Source: Anolis carolinensis
Taxonomy: Eukaryota
Assembly (NCBI RefSeq): GCF_035594765.1
Contig: NC_085841.1
Coordinates: 250,252,689 to 250,316,688, forward strand
Direction: 5' to 3'
Length of the DNA stretch: 64,000 nucleotides
The position numbers were made by a program, and so were the translations under genes. The notes under the pieces are model-generated. The model saw only the letters and a program-made list of their open reading frames with translations, did no database searches and was not told the origin of the DNA. Positions 52,002 to 64,000 of this stretch are shown here, in pieces (position 1 is the first letter of the stretch; each line of letters starts with the position of its first letter).

Positions 52002-55000
52002 TGGCAGCCTTGACCTTTGATGAAGGTCGTAGAAGAGTATGAAATGAAACCTTTTGCTCTTTTTCATATCTTTCAGCGGCGTTTGCATTGCACCAGTTGG
52101 CACTGAATTCTCCCTCAGATCATCATTATCATGTTGACTTTTCTGAAAACTTTTACACCTTCAAATTATAAAACAGCCTATTAAAATAAGAATACTCTGT
52201 ATTACCTGTTATGAAACTACATAAAAGTGTTGGGATATTGGGATTGGTTGATGGTAAGAGAAAACGTATTGTTTTGTGTAGTATTTTTGCTAATATAAAG
52301 GCATTACTTTTATAGCCTTGTAAAGTCGTTTCTGTGTGTTTCCAAACTGTTATCTCTCTGAAGCTCCCGAAACAACTTCCAACAAATGCTAGCTTGTGTG
52401 GATTGTTGTCCCAGTGAGTACCATGAGAACGCATTAATAAGCAGACTCAGCTTCCCAGTTGGGATCCTAACAGATAGATATAAAATGCAAAGGTAGCTTT
52501 GATCACCCTGCAAAACATTCAAAAATACATATTTGTATGATATCCTTGGTATATCATGCAAAATAGGACAAAATATGTGTTAGACTGCAACACATACTGT
52601 GGCCTTTTCATTGGTCCAACAAGAATGGTATTATGCCAATTTGGATTTTGGAATTACTCACATATAGAAGCTCAAACCCAGATGAAGAACTTGGAACATT
52701 TTTGAATTGAGGATAATGTAATTAAGCCAGAGAGCCCTCCAAAGTACTCCCGCTCTTAACAATTAATATTACTATCATTCTTTTAGAAAGGGATGGTGGT
52801 TTGTGCAAATTAAAAATGTAAAATTAAGTCTCGTTTGAGTAATTGAGGCTGATTCCTTTAGTACATTTTGTGTGCACTTCTTCATTTATGGAAATGTACG
52901 TATGGTAATGACTGCACCAGATAGTTCTTTTAATCTCAGTACACAGAAGAAACAAGGAAGTCAGTCTCAAGTTAAAAGTTAGGTTGCAAAGGTTAATTAA
53001 CTAAGGTTTTAAGCAATAAATTGATGGGAACTGTTGTAAACACTGATGGTAAACATTAATTTGATTAATCATGAAAATTATCGTGTCTGTGGCCTCTTAT
53101 GGTGTGTTTACATCACCCTACTTTGACGGAGGAAAGGCGCTTGTGTGTTTGGCGTGCCTGTCTAATAGGTGGTTTTGAATTATTACAAGAAGATTAATTT
53201 TCCCATTGGGTTGCTTATTTTGACACTATTGTTGCTGAATCTGCTTTTCATTAGAGGTTTCTGTTCATTAAATATATCTTAAATAGAATAAATAGTGATG
53301 ATATCAATGGTATCTGGGAAAAGGCTGTTGCTTCTTTGCAAAAAGGTCAGTGCAATGATTTCCTGTTGGTATAATCACTATTTATGTCTTCCTCTCTTGT
53401 CTAAGTATACTGACTAGAACCAAGGGAACTGCTCTTAGAAGTACTTGTTTAAGCATAACTGTTTCTCCAAAAGATATGAGTTGGCTTCATGCTAACAAGG
53501 TAAAAAGGGTGGACAAAAATGCTAAGCTTCCCAGTGAAGACACTAAATCCTAAAGATAAATTTGTCAAGTTTTGTATGCATAACGTTTCCAGTTCTTATA
53601 TGGCCAGATTCCTGCTTTAAATCTTTAATTACCTTAAAATATTGTGTGTGGTTTAATTATTAGAAAGTGGACCACCTTAAGGACATAGCTTTTAAAGTTA
53701 GGGATGTCTCTCTTTGGCAGCAAGAAATTGAAACACTGTTTTCCACAAGATAACATGCTTCCCCGTTAACATCTCTACAACAAGCTAGATATAAGGCCAC
53801 TTAGTTTTGGTTAACAGTGAAGGTTTTTACCATCTTGTTTTACATTCTTGAATCATAGTGGCTTTGTACTGTATTCTACTCTTTTGTCTTCTGCCTTGAA
53901 TAATGTAGCCTTTGACTCATCCTCAGAAACACCCTCGGGTGTGGGATGTAAGTGGCAAAACTACCTGATGAATAGGAAGTAAAAAGTTCATTCTAGTTTT
54001 AAAAAAATGTTGGGATGATTGGGATGTGAAAGAAGGCTCAGTAATGTTTTCATCCCCATAAAAAAAGCATGTCCCCACATTTGAGACTGCACCAAGAAAG
54101 GAGGAGAACAGCCACATGTTTCTTAGCACTCCATTACTTAGCTCAGGAAAAAAGCCTGAACAAAAATAGATATGGGTATTCTGCATGGAAAATATATCTG
54201 ATGGGACTGGGATAGGGATAAAAATGTGTTTTCTGTCCAAAGCAATATTTTGCACATGAAATATTGTGTTTTGCACAGTTGCTATTTTTTGTGCAGAATG
54301 CACTATCTTCTGCCCAATATTGCATTCTACACAGAAAACAGTTTTTCCCTAAACAGTATAGTTACTAAGCAGGAATCAAATATATTTACTAAAATGGAAC
54401 ACATTTGTATAAATAGTATATTTTGAATATATTGTATAATTTGCACAAATAAACTAATTGAAAGCATACTTTTGTGCACAAAGGAAAACAAGTTAATACA
54501 AGATCAAACATAGCTTGTATTAAAACATACTGCCTCACATGCAAGAATATTTTTCTATGTAGAGAAGAAAAATTCTCTTTCAAAACATTTTTTCTGTGCA
54601 GAAAAATGTATTTTTGAACAGATTTTCCCAAGTAAAGTCCCAAAATACAAACAACACTCAAACATTTGTGAGTTGTTTTGTTGAACGGAGAAGAAATTGT
54701 TGGAATTATTTATTCTTGCATGTGAAATTAAATAAATTTGTGTGATTATGTATTTATATCCCAGCTTTTCCCCAAAATTAGATCTGAAGCAGGACAAATA
54801 GGACCCAAAGTTTACATCCTTAGTGGGAATAAGTGTTGCCATAGTCCCCTCTGTGTCATTCTAGTTATACACGTGTGTACTGTTTTTAACAAATGGGATT
54901 AAGAATTAGTCCCTGTGCTGGCCCTCAGCAAGCCAGGAGAGTAAAAAATAGATTCTTAGTTACTTTGCCATGTTCCTTTTGCAGGTGATAATACATAGGG

Positions 55001-56402
55001 CCATAGCTTCACTGCTGTAGTATCCGCTGACAAATGGGGTGCTGGTTAGGAAATCACTTACTCAGTTCTGCACACATTAGAGGGATATTTTTTATAGGAT
55101 TTCAAAAATTGCACCACTGTGAATAACGTTTCTTTGCAACAGAAACCAAATGGCTTGGGAGAAGTGACAGCCTGACATATTGTGAACAGCTTCTTTTTAC
55201 GGTCACATCAGCTATTCCACTTTTCTTCTCTGACATTGCTCAAACCAGTTATTGTGAAATGAATTAACAATTGGTAATGAAATTCCACCAGGTTCATGGA
55301 GTCAGAATAATAAAATGAAAATGTATGTGCTTTTAATTTATTTATATATTCTTGGAAAAAACCTTGTGCTTTTCTACTTGAAACTTTTGGATTTCCTGAG
55401 TGGAGCTCTTTCCAGCACAGATTGAGCAGAGCCTCGGATGTGCATCCACTAGCCTATATGTTTTCAACCTTCAAGAATAAATTCCACATATAGATACCCA
55501 AAAGAGTTGATGTATTAGTGAATGTATTCTTGTCTGTGATAGTCTTGTCTTCGTGTAGCAAGCATGTGTGTATATTACTGGTAGACGTTGTGTGTGTGTA
55601 TGTACCAGTAATATACATGCCTGTCACATATACATATTGCAAAGGTAGTAAAATGAAAGCTTTTTGGCTCATAGAACTGCTGTTTCTTGTAAACACTTGG
55701 ACTGGAAGATAGATACTCAATGATTTACTGTCTCTGAATTACTCAGTCTTATTTGATGTTGGCTCATGCCATTGCTTTTTCCAGGAAGCATCCTTCAGAT
55801 GAACACTTCTGTAACTTTTTTCCTATAAACTTCAACCTTGCTTATGAAATACCCTAGAATGCCTATATAAATGTGTGGTTAATAATGAGGTGCAATTTGC
55901 CAGGACTCTGTAACATAATTACATTGTGTGAATATTCAGTGGCTCTACATTGCTGTAGGATCCAGTTCTCATATCAATCTGTAGTGGGAATTCGTGTAGA
56001 TGTATCCATGGAAATGATTCCTGTGTAGCTATTATGTTGTCAAAGTGCTATTACAAGTCTTTATACAGAGCATGCAGCTGACAGCACATTTCCAGTAGTG
56101 GTTTGCCTGTGGGTTATTACAGGAAGTGGTGCTACTCTGATATGGTTTATACATGATCAGCCATTGCTTGCTGTAAAACTTCTTGTCAGGACAGAAACTG
56201 CAGTACTTTGTCCCTGTAGTTTGAAAGAACTCAAGGATCTGCAATGCAGATAGCCCTTCTACTGAACTAGACTTTCAATTCATTCCATAGTTGCATGGCT
56301 GATTAAATGCATAGTTCCTATGGCCAGCCAACATCTGGTGGCCACATTTCCATTATCGGCATATGTACTTAGGGAGGCTGGTCATCAGGTGGCTGAAACA
56401 CA

Positions 56403-56550
56403 GGCCCCTTCCACACAGCTGAATAAAATCCCACATTTTCTGCTTTGAACTGGAATATCTGGCAGTGTGGACTCAGATAACCCAGTTCAAAGCAGATATT
56501 ATGGGATTTTCTGCCTTGATATTCTGGGTTATATGTCTGTCTGGAAGTCC
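56403..56550. mobile_element. Harbinger-type palindromic MITE
   Basis: ggccccttccacacagct...tgtctggaagtcc; internal palindrome tctgctttgaactgg / ccagttcaaagcaga. Confidence 0.75.
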
Positions 56551-56575
56551 ATAGCACAACAAATTATCAGAGGAA

Positions 56576-56725
56576 GGGCCCTTCCGGACAGGCTGTATAT
56601 CCCAGGATCTGATCCCAGGTTTTCTGTTTACCCCAGATTATCTGGCAGTACGGACTCATATAATCCAGTTTAAAGCAAAAACCTGGGATCAGATCCTGGG
56701 ATATAGGGCCTGTCTGGAAGGGCCC
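56576..56725. mobile_element. Harbinger-type palindromic MITE
   Basis: Long near-perfect inverted arms gggcccttcc.gacaggc...tatatcccaggatctgatcccaggtttt and its reverse complement. Confidence 0.8.
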
Positions 56726-57022
56726 TAGGACTTTGGAGGGAGGGGGGAGCTTGGAAGTGGCCAGTGTCGAAGGTATAACCATATTATGTGGCAGTGATAT
56801 TTTCACTGTACACCGAGTAATCAAGAAAACTGGGCATTTACTGAGAGAGAAGTGCAAGAAAGAATTCTGACTATAGCTGCAGCCAAGGAGAACCATTATA
56901 CTTTTATCTCTGTGGAATCAATGACAATGTATCGGGGTCAGTGAGGGGATTTCACAATGTTGTTTGGCCAGATCTGTCGCTTAGAAAGTATGCTTGACTC
57001 TGCCTTCAGTGTTGTTCTTTTT

Positions 57023-57079
57023 GTAAACTGCCCCGAATCCTTTTGGAGAGGGGGCGAGATATAAAGAAAGTATTATTAA

Positions 57080-57134
<55 letters not shown>
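57023..57134 (+). mobile_element. L2-type 3' tail with (ATT)n microsatellite
   Basis: gtaaactgccccgaatcc.tttggagag...gatataaagaaag followed by ~20 ATT units. Confidence 0.7.
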
Positions 57135-57136
<2 letters not shown>

Positions 57137-57739
57137 ATTCTGTTGTTGTAACAAACTGTTGAGGCCAACACTGCAGTCAGGTTGGACTCAGGCAGACAAT
57201 GCTAGTTGTGCAGAGACTACACATTAAAGAGTTGGCTTCTACTCCTTCCTAGTTTTTCTTAGCAATTTAGGTTACATAAGTTTCTTTATCTCCCGTCTGT
57301 TTTCTGTTCAAAGAGTTGCCTAGGATTCAAAAGTTTCTTCTTCCTTGCCTCCTTTTAAACTTTGGTACTTCTCCTTTTAACATTCCTGCATGGCCTGCCT
57401 AAAATATGCAAACCATCTGTGCCTTTATATACTGATCTTAAACAGTTCCCAGTCCAGATTTGTGCTTCTTAATTTTGTCCTTCATCCTCTAACTAATTAT
57501 CCTTCCTATAAATTTAAAGCCTGTCATTTTAATGAGGAAACCTCTCTTGGCTGTACCAAACCCAGCTGCTGAATGTTTATAGCAGTCCAGCCACAGATAA
57601 ACTTGTGAATTAAATATGGCCCTGTCCTTGAAACTATGATGGAAATCTTCAAAACATCCAGTCTTCCACTATGCTGATAGGTACCTCTGGAATAACTGTT
57701 GTTTATATTTATTATAGTTCTGTGCCTTTTGCACTGAAA

Positions 57740-58763
57740 TCTATACACATAATAAAAGTGAAAAATGTGTATGTGTGTATGTGGAGGTGTCCATTTACAC
57801 AGACAGCCTTCCACCTCCACAAACAGCTATAATTCCCACTGAGCAGGAGACACCAATGGCCCTCCCTCTACTGACATGCAGGTTATAGTGAGCACCATGA
57901 ACATGTAGGCCAAACCCTGCCCGTGTCCTCCACAAACACCATTCTGCCCCCACCCAAGAGGCGGCTTTCATGTGGGGATAATTTCATCCCAGATGTACTG
58001 TTTTTCCTCCAGAATGGACATCTCAGGATTCCTTAATTTGCATGATCCCGCCCACTGCCTCTTCCTTAACCTTTAACCCTTTCCTATTACACACAGTTAA
58101 CAGAGGAATTGATCAACAACTGAATAAGAAGTTTGGGAGAATTCATCATGATTTACAGGAGTTGTACTTGACCTACATACAGAGAGCACTGGTAACACAA
58201 ATTTGCCATGGATAATGGGACTTGCAGTATTTTCACTGATACTGTGACCCCCAGAAACAGTGAACTGGGACCAAACTTGGCACAGAGAAGCCCCATGACC
58301 AACTGAACATACTGCAGGGGTTTGTGGGAATGGACCTTGATTTTTGGGAGTTATAGTTCACCTGCATCCAGAAAGCGCTGAACCCAGCTGTTGTTAGATC
58401 TGGACCACAGATCACAGATCACAGACTCAACATGGCCAACTGTGCACACGGGCCTGGTTTGGGCGTGATAGACCTCGGATATCGGAGTTGTAGTTCACCT
58501 TTATCCAGAGAGCCCTGAACCCAGCTGACAACTGATCTGGACTAAACCTGACACACAGACCCAACATGGCCAACTGTGAATACTGGCAGGGTTTGAGGGT
58601 GAATGCCCTGGGAATCTGGGAGTTGTAGTTCACCCTTATCCAGACAGCACTGAATCCAGCCAATGACGGATCTGGACCAAACCTCAGTGATATTGCCTAA
58701 CATACCAAAACAAAAACAATACCTTCTTCTAATAACCCAGGCACCGCCAGGTCCCCAAGCTAG
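57740..58763 (+). mobile_element. Non-autonomous Helitron with internal ~135-bp tandem repeats
   Basis: Canonical A|TC...CTAG|T ends, subterminal hairpin acccaggcaccgccaggt, no TSD. Confidence 0.85.
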
Positions 58764-59975
58764 TAAAGCATAAAATAAAAGTAGAATGTCCAGATATACG
58801 CCTGGATTTACTAGTTATTTTTGTTGTTTCCTGCATCTTAAATGATTGCATGAATATGAAAAATCATTGATGTTTGCAGACCAGCATCAGTGTGAATTGA
58901 CAGCAGCCTTAATAAAGATAATTGTAGGTCCTCCTCAGAATGTCACTTTTTCATGAGGTCCTTTCCTCTACATCAAGGAAGTAAAACCTTCAGTCAGAGT
59001 GGTCCATAGAACTTCTTCTGCCCATATCTCCAATATCTGTAACTAGATACAAGAAGCAATTTGAAGCCTCTTATTGAGGTCATGCACCGCAATGCAAACA
59101 AAGCAGATTTTGCATGGAACAGGAGCTCTTGCTTACAGATTGGGATTTGTCTTTGCATGCCTAGAAGTTGTTGCATGGAAGCAACCTATATAAGATTTAC
59201 GTTTGGCCCTGCCTGCTTTCCATTGAGCCTACGCCTTGCCCATAGCTCTGATCTCTGCTAGAATGAGGCACTTGAGGTCATTGCGATACATGGATCTGTT
59301 TTTCCAAATCATGTTACTGACAGAAGTAGACCTTATTCTCAAAAATCAAAACAAAAACTAGTGAAATGGGGCCCATGCCTCCATATGTCAACATACGTAG
59401 AACGTGTGATTTTTTCTCTTTAATTTGTTTTTTGATGAATCTATTAATAGATTAAAGATGTAATAGTGGGTGTAAGAGAGGTGTGGTGAAAAAAGAGGTT
59501 TCCTCATTTAATCCTGTTATGTTTTCTGAGCCTGCCTCTGCTTTAAATATTAAAAATGACTGAATTGGGTTTCCTCCTATTTTTAATGCATTTGGCAGCG
59601 CTTGTACATTGCAGCAAAGTTCTGCTGTTGCATATGAAGCGCTTCTTCCCACGTCTTTTTTGATGATTTCAGAACTGACAGATTTCCGTGCAGGATTTAC
59701 ATCTACTCCTTTAGGAGATAAATCCATCAATGCCTATTGGATATGGTGGTCCTGTGCTATTAAATGCTTTAGGTAAGCTGCACATCCTGACCTTAGACCC
59801 AAGAATTTTGGGAGTGCTGCTTATTTGTTTCAGGTGTGAAAGCACAGATGGAGGATCACTTGGAAATGAAAAGGTGCCTGTTTTCCTGTATTATCTCCTA
59901 AGAACTGTCCATCCCTGTTTTGCTCACTTGCTATACATACGTGTCCTAAGGAGAATATGAAGTGTTGTGGAAAAT

Positions 59976-60441
59976 ATTTATTTATCGTGTCGGAAGCGAA
60001 CCGAGGGTACATGTGGTCATGTATTTGAAAACAAAGTTTAAAAAACTTGGCATGATACTAAATGTCCTTTGAACAGTAGCTGGCCACTTGGAGTGCCTCT
60101 GGTGTTGCTATAGGAAGGCCCTCCATTGTGCATGTGTTAGGGCTCAGGCTGCATTGTCATAGGTGATCTGTGGTTTGCTCTTTTCCACACTTGCGTGCCG
60201 TGGATTCCACTTTGTGGCCCCATTTCTTAAGGTTGGCTCTGCATCTCGTGGTCCCAGAGTACAGTCTGTTCAGCACGTTCCAAGTCGCCCAGTCTTCTCT
60301 GTGCCCAGGAGGGTATCTCTCATCCGGCCTCAGCCACTGATGGAGATTCCAGGTTTTAGCCTGCCACTTTTGGACTCTCGCTTGCTCAGGTGTTCCTGCG
60401 AGAATCTCTGTAGATCTTAGAAAACTATTTCTTGTTATTCA
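59976..60441 (-). mobile_element. Vingi LINE 3' fragment (second family)
   Basis: Similar to 62400-62790; 3' end cttccgacacgataaataaa; 11-bp TSD ttgtggaaaat (59965-59975, 60442-60452). Confidence 0.8.
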
Positions 60442-61554
60442 TTGTGGAAAATGACACCAATCTATTACGTGTATGAGAATGCATGAAGATTAATACATGA
60501 TTACCTTCTATTTTGATAATTCTTTGCTGAAATTCTTTCTTTTTAAAGGCTTTTGTCCAGGCCTGAAAATACAAAACGTGTCTCCAAAAGTTCTGGTGAC
60601 AGGTTTTTGACAAAGGAGGCAATTTAGCTACATAATTCTGTGCTAACTGGGGGAAGGAAGAGTACTCCCTTATTGTACATGTTGCACACTGACCAGGCTA
60701 CAGCAGTGAAAGCATGACTTCACTCCCTAGTGCTATCGGCTTGCAGGCCTTTGGTTGGATGCCAAGTTCTTTTATTGTAAAGGGAGACCAAAGGCAGCTT
60801 TTAGTGATTAGTTCCTGGCTGCTTTAAGAGAAAGTATAGAAAAAAGGATTAAATGAGCGGTGGCTGACTTTTTCTTCCCCTCATATAGATATCCTGAGCT
60901 AATAGGAGGGAGAGAGCACAGAGAGCTGGCAAAGCAAGAGCACTTGCTTAGGTTGTGTGGCTGAGGAAGCTGAGTGTTGGGTGGAGGAGAAGCTATGGGG
61001 AACCTTGTTGCAGCAGCAGAGATGAGGAACTGTTTATTGTGCTTATTGGTCATATAGCAATGTAAGCACATGGTGGTTAAGATAAGACCGTCTCAATCTT
61101 GTCAGAAAATTGTAAGCAGCTGGCCAGTGTTTGGCTCTTTGAGTTCAGGGGAAGCTCCCTCTGAGAATCACAGCTGCTCTTCCACAAAAAGAATTTGAGG
61201 AGAACCATTCAGTACTTATTGCTAATCAAACAGAGTAGCAGTAAATATAACCTTCTTTTACAACAGGACAAACATGATGCACAGCTGTTGTATTAACAAG
61301 GTTTCGAATATATGTCAACCTTCTCTTCACAATAGTTCTTTGGTCGTAAGTCAGTTTAATGGTCCGTACATCCAGTGACCACTTGGCTATGGTTCTTGTT
61401 TATGGTTCAGTAAGTTATCACTATTGTTTCTGCCTCTGATACAAAGTTTTCTATTAAAGGACTAACATCTACTGCATTAACTGCTACATACTTGCATAAG
61501 GCAGGGTTGGGAATCATGAGACTTATAGATGTTGTAAGGTGGCAACTTCTGGCA

Positions 61555-61925
61555 TCTATGTTTAACCTGCAGAAGAGAAGACTGAGAGGAGACATGATGG
61601 CCATATATAAATATGTGAGGGGAAGTCATGAGGAGGAGGAGGGAGCAAGCTTGTTTTCTGCTGCCCTGGAGACTAGGACGCGGAACAATGGCTTCAAACT
61701 ACAGGAAAGGAGATTCCACCTGAACATTAGGAAGAACTTCCTCACTGCAAGAGCTGTTCAGCAGTGGAACTCTCTGCCTTGGGACTGTGATGGAGGCTTC
61801 TTCTTTGGAGGCTTTTAAGCAGAAGCTGAATGGCCATCTATCGGGGTGCTTTGAATGCAGTTTTTCTGCTTCTTGGTGAGGGTTGGACTGGATGGCTCCA
61901 TGTTTCTTTGATTCTGTAATTCTAC
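61555..61925 (+). mobile_element. CR1 LINE 3' fragment
   Basis: [22 protein letters not shown]...[11 protein letters not shown]; same family as 47536-48330. Confidence 0.92.
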
Positions 61926-62399
61926 TGTCAGTACAACCAAGGCTGAGAAATATTGGGTGTAGCAGCCAGCAACATCTGGTGTGGGCCAAGCCATTCCTAC
62001 TCATGCTATAAGAGGAACATAAGTACTTTTCAGTTTTTTCCTTAACCTTGTCTCACTCCAGAAGCAAATAGCAGCAGCTGTAGTTTCCTGTTTTTGTATT
62101 AGTATTTTAAAACAGAACCTAAACAGGATTGGACATTCCCTTGTGTGTTTGCCCTCTCCTTCTGTAGTACAGTTGCCAGCAAAACTGGAAGATTGATGAC
62201 TGTTTGGAAGAACTAGTATTGTCATAAACTCTAGCAGCACATTAGAAAAATCGGGAATTGCAGAAGGATAAAAAGCAACCTCCAGAGTTCATTAAAGGGA
62301 GAGTAAGAAATTGCACAGGCATTACCTGAATCCAAGGGGTGAAACGTAGAAAATGTACTGAATTTTTGCCATGCTTGCTGTTCTTCTTATTTAGAATAC

Positions 62400-63092
62400 A
62401 GCTATAATGTATAAAAAAACCACAAAGTTAAAAACTTGGTATTATGCTAAATTTCCTTTGACCAGAAGCTGTCCACTTCAAATGCCTCTGTGTTGCTATG
62501 AGAAGGTCCTCCATTATGCATGTGCCAGGACTCAGACTGCATTGTAGTAAGTGGTCTGTGGTTTGCTCTTCTCCACATTCACATGTCACGGACTCCACTT
62601 TGTAGCCCTCGTGGTGCCAGAGAGCAGTCTGTTCAACGCTGTCCAAGTAAGCCAGGCTTCTGTGTGCTCAGGAGGGAGTTTCTCATCCAGCCACTGAGGT
62701 TCTGGGTTTTGGCCTGCCACTTTTAGACTCTTACTTGCTGATGTGTTCCTGTGAGTATCTCTCTAGATCTTAGGAAGCTGTTTCTTGATTTTAGACCTTA
62801 GCATGCTGGCTGATATCCGAACAGAGAATGGGCCAGAGATGTCAATGCCTTGGTCCTTTCATTGCTAGCTGCTACTTCCCAGCGGATATCATGTGGTGCT
62901 ATACTGGCTAAACAGTATAATTTCTCCAGAGGTGTTGGGTGAAGACATCCTGTGATGTCATTAAGAGCCACATCTACTTTTTTAATGTGGTGAGATGTAT
63001 TCCATACTGGGCATGCATACTCAGCAGCAGAGTAGCAAAGCACAAAGGCAGATGTCTTCACTGTATCTGGTTATGATCCCCAGGTTGTGCTA
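62400..63092 (-). mobile_element. Decayed Vingi LINE 3' fragment
   Basis: ORFs KTSAFVLCYSAAEYACPVW... and CECGEEQTTDHLLQC, with frameshifts. Confidence 0.85.
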
Positions 63093-63409
63093 GGGGATTG
63101 GTGTACTAATCACCCAGTTGATATGTAGGTATTTTTTATGCAGTGCTGGTGAAATATTCTGAAGATGCTTATGTGACTTGAAATTATTTATCTCTTGATT
63201 TCTTGTTTGATTGTAGGATACAGTTTTAGGTGTTTTAGTGCAAAAAAAAATGCCCTAGGCAATTTTACAGAACTGCTTATTTACCATGATCCTTCTGTCC
63301 CATGAAGGTTGGTGACTTCCGGTTTTAGCCTGAAACATACACGTGCTGTGCAAGATGTTGATCATATTTCAGAAGGTAGAATTCAGAATGCTATGTAGTT
63401 AATTTAATA

Positions 63410-63741
63410 GAGCTCCTGATGGCGCCACAGATTAAACTGCTGAGCTGCTGAACTTGCTGACCAAAAGGTTGATGGTTCAAATTCGGGGAGTGGGGTGAGC
63501 CCCCTCTGTTAGCCCCAGCTTCTGCCAACCTAGCAGTTCAAAAACATGCAATTGTGAGTGGATGAATAGGTACTGCTCCAGCGGGAAGGTAACGGCGCTC
63601 CATGTAGTAATGCCAGCCACATGATCTTGAAGGTGTCTACAGACAATGCCGGCTCTTCGGCTTAGAAAAGGAGATGAGCACAAACCCCCAGAGTCAGACA
63701 TGACTAGACTTAATATCAGGGGGAAACCTTTGCCTTTACTT
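63410..63741 (+). mobile_element. Sauria SINE, full length
   Basis: Full body and tail; 12-bp TSD tagttaatttaa. Confidence 0.92.
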
Positions 63742-64000
63742 ACATAGTTAATTTAACATTCAGAGTAGAACTACCACTCCCATGATGTTGAAACCACCAG
63801 CTGCCATTTCTTCAACCCCTTCCATATGTTATAAGAACACCTAACCCATATGTGGTGGTTTGCACGTGGACTCAGGTGTGTAGACTCGCAACACCCAGGT
63901 CCTATTTTTGCCCATCAAAGCTGATCTGAATAGATTTGGAGTAATGTAATGCTTCCTTTAAACTGCTTTGGTAATCAGTGGTGTTTCTCTCTTGACCCAC

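Noticed and set aside
53923-54842. Several 60-126-aa ORFs in an AT-rich stretch with recurring gcaca/gcagaa motifs
   Set aside because: Probably an old decayed repeat; no protein similarity, and termini could not be defined.
58260-58700. Regularly spaced repeats resembling a CRISPR array (also 24090-24750)
   Set aside because: The whole unit is repeated with no unique spacers, the context is eukaryotic and there are no cas genes. It is a TE-internal minisatellite.

Overview
This is vertebrate genomic DNA, almost certainly squamate and Anolis-like, judging by Sauria SINEs, Vingi, RTE, CR1 and L2 LINEs, SPIN-type hAT elements and Helitrons. The window lies inside the protein disulfide isomerase gene PDIA5 (+ strand). 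Four internal coding exons (12953-13089, 37686-37756, 38870-39033, 44526-44656) have canonical AG/GT ends and matching phases. They splice into an open thioredoxin-domain frame that includes a WCGHC active site. I did not find the upstream or downstream PDIA5 exons. The rest is intron filled with mobile elements, several nested or chimeric. It also holds a 5' U2 snRNA fragment and a few repeat-free blocks with clustered transcription-factor motifs. Nearly all listed ORFs are LINE remnants or spurious. I found no new protein-coding system. The most interesting signals are TE architecture: a minisatellite shared by a SPIN-derived hAT and a Helitron, an inverted RTE, nested insertions, a consistent nnnTAnnn target preference and a DIRS-like relic. 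Family names come from recalled consensus features, not a database search.
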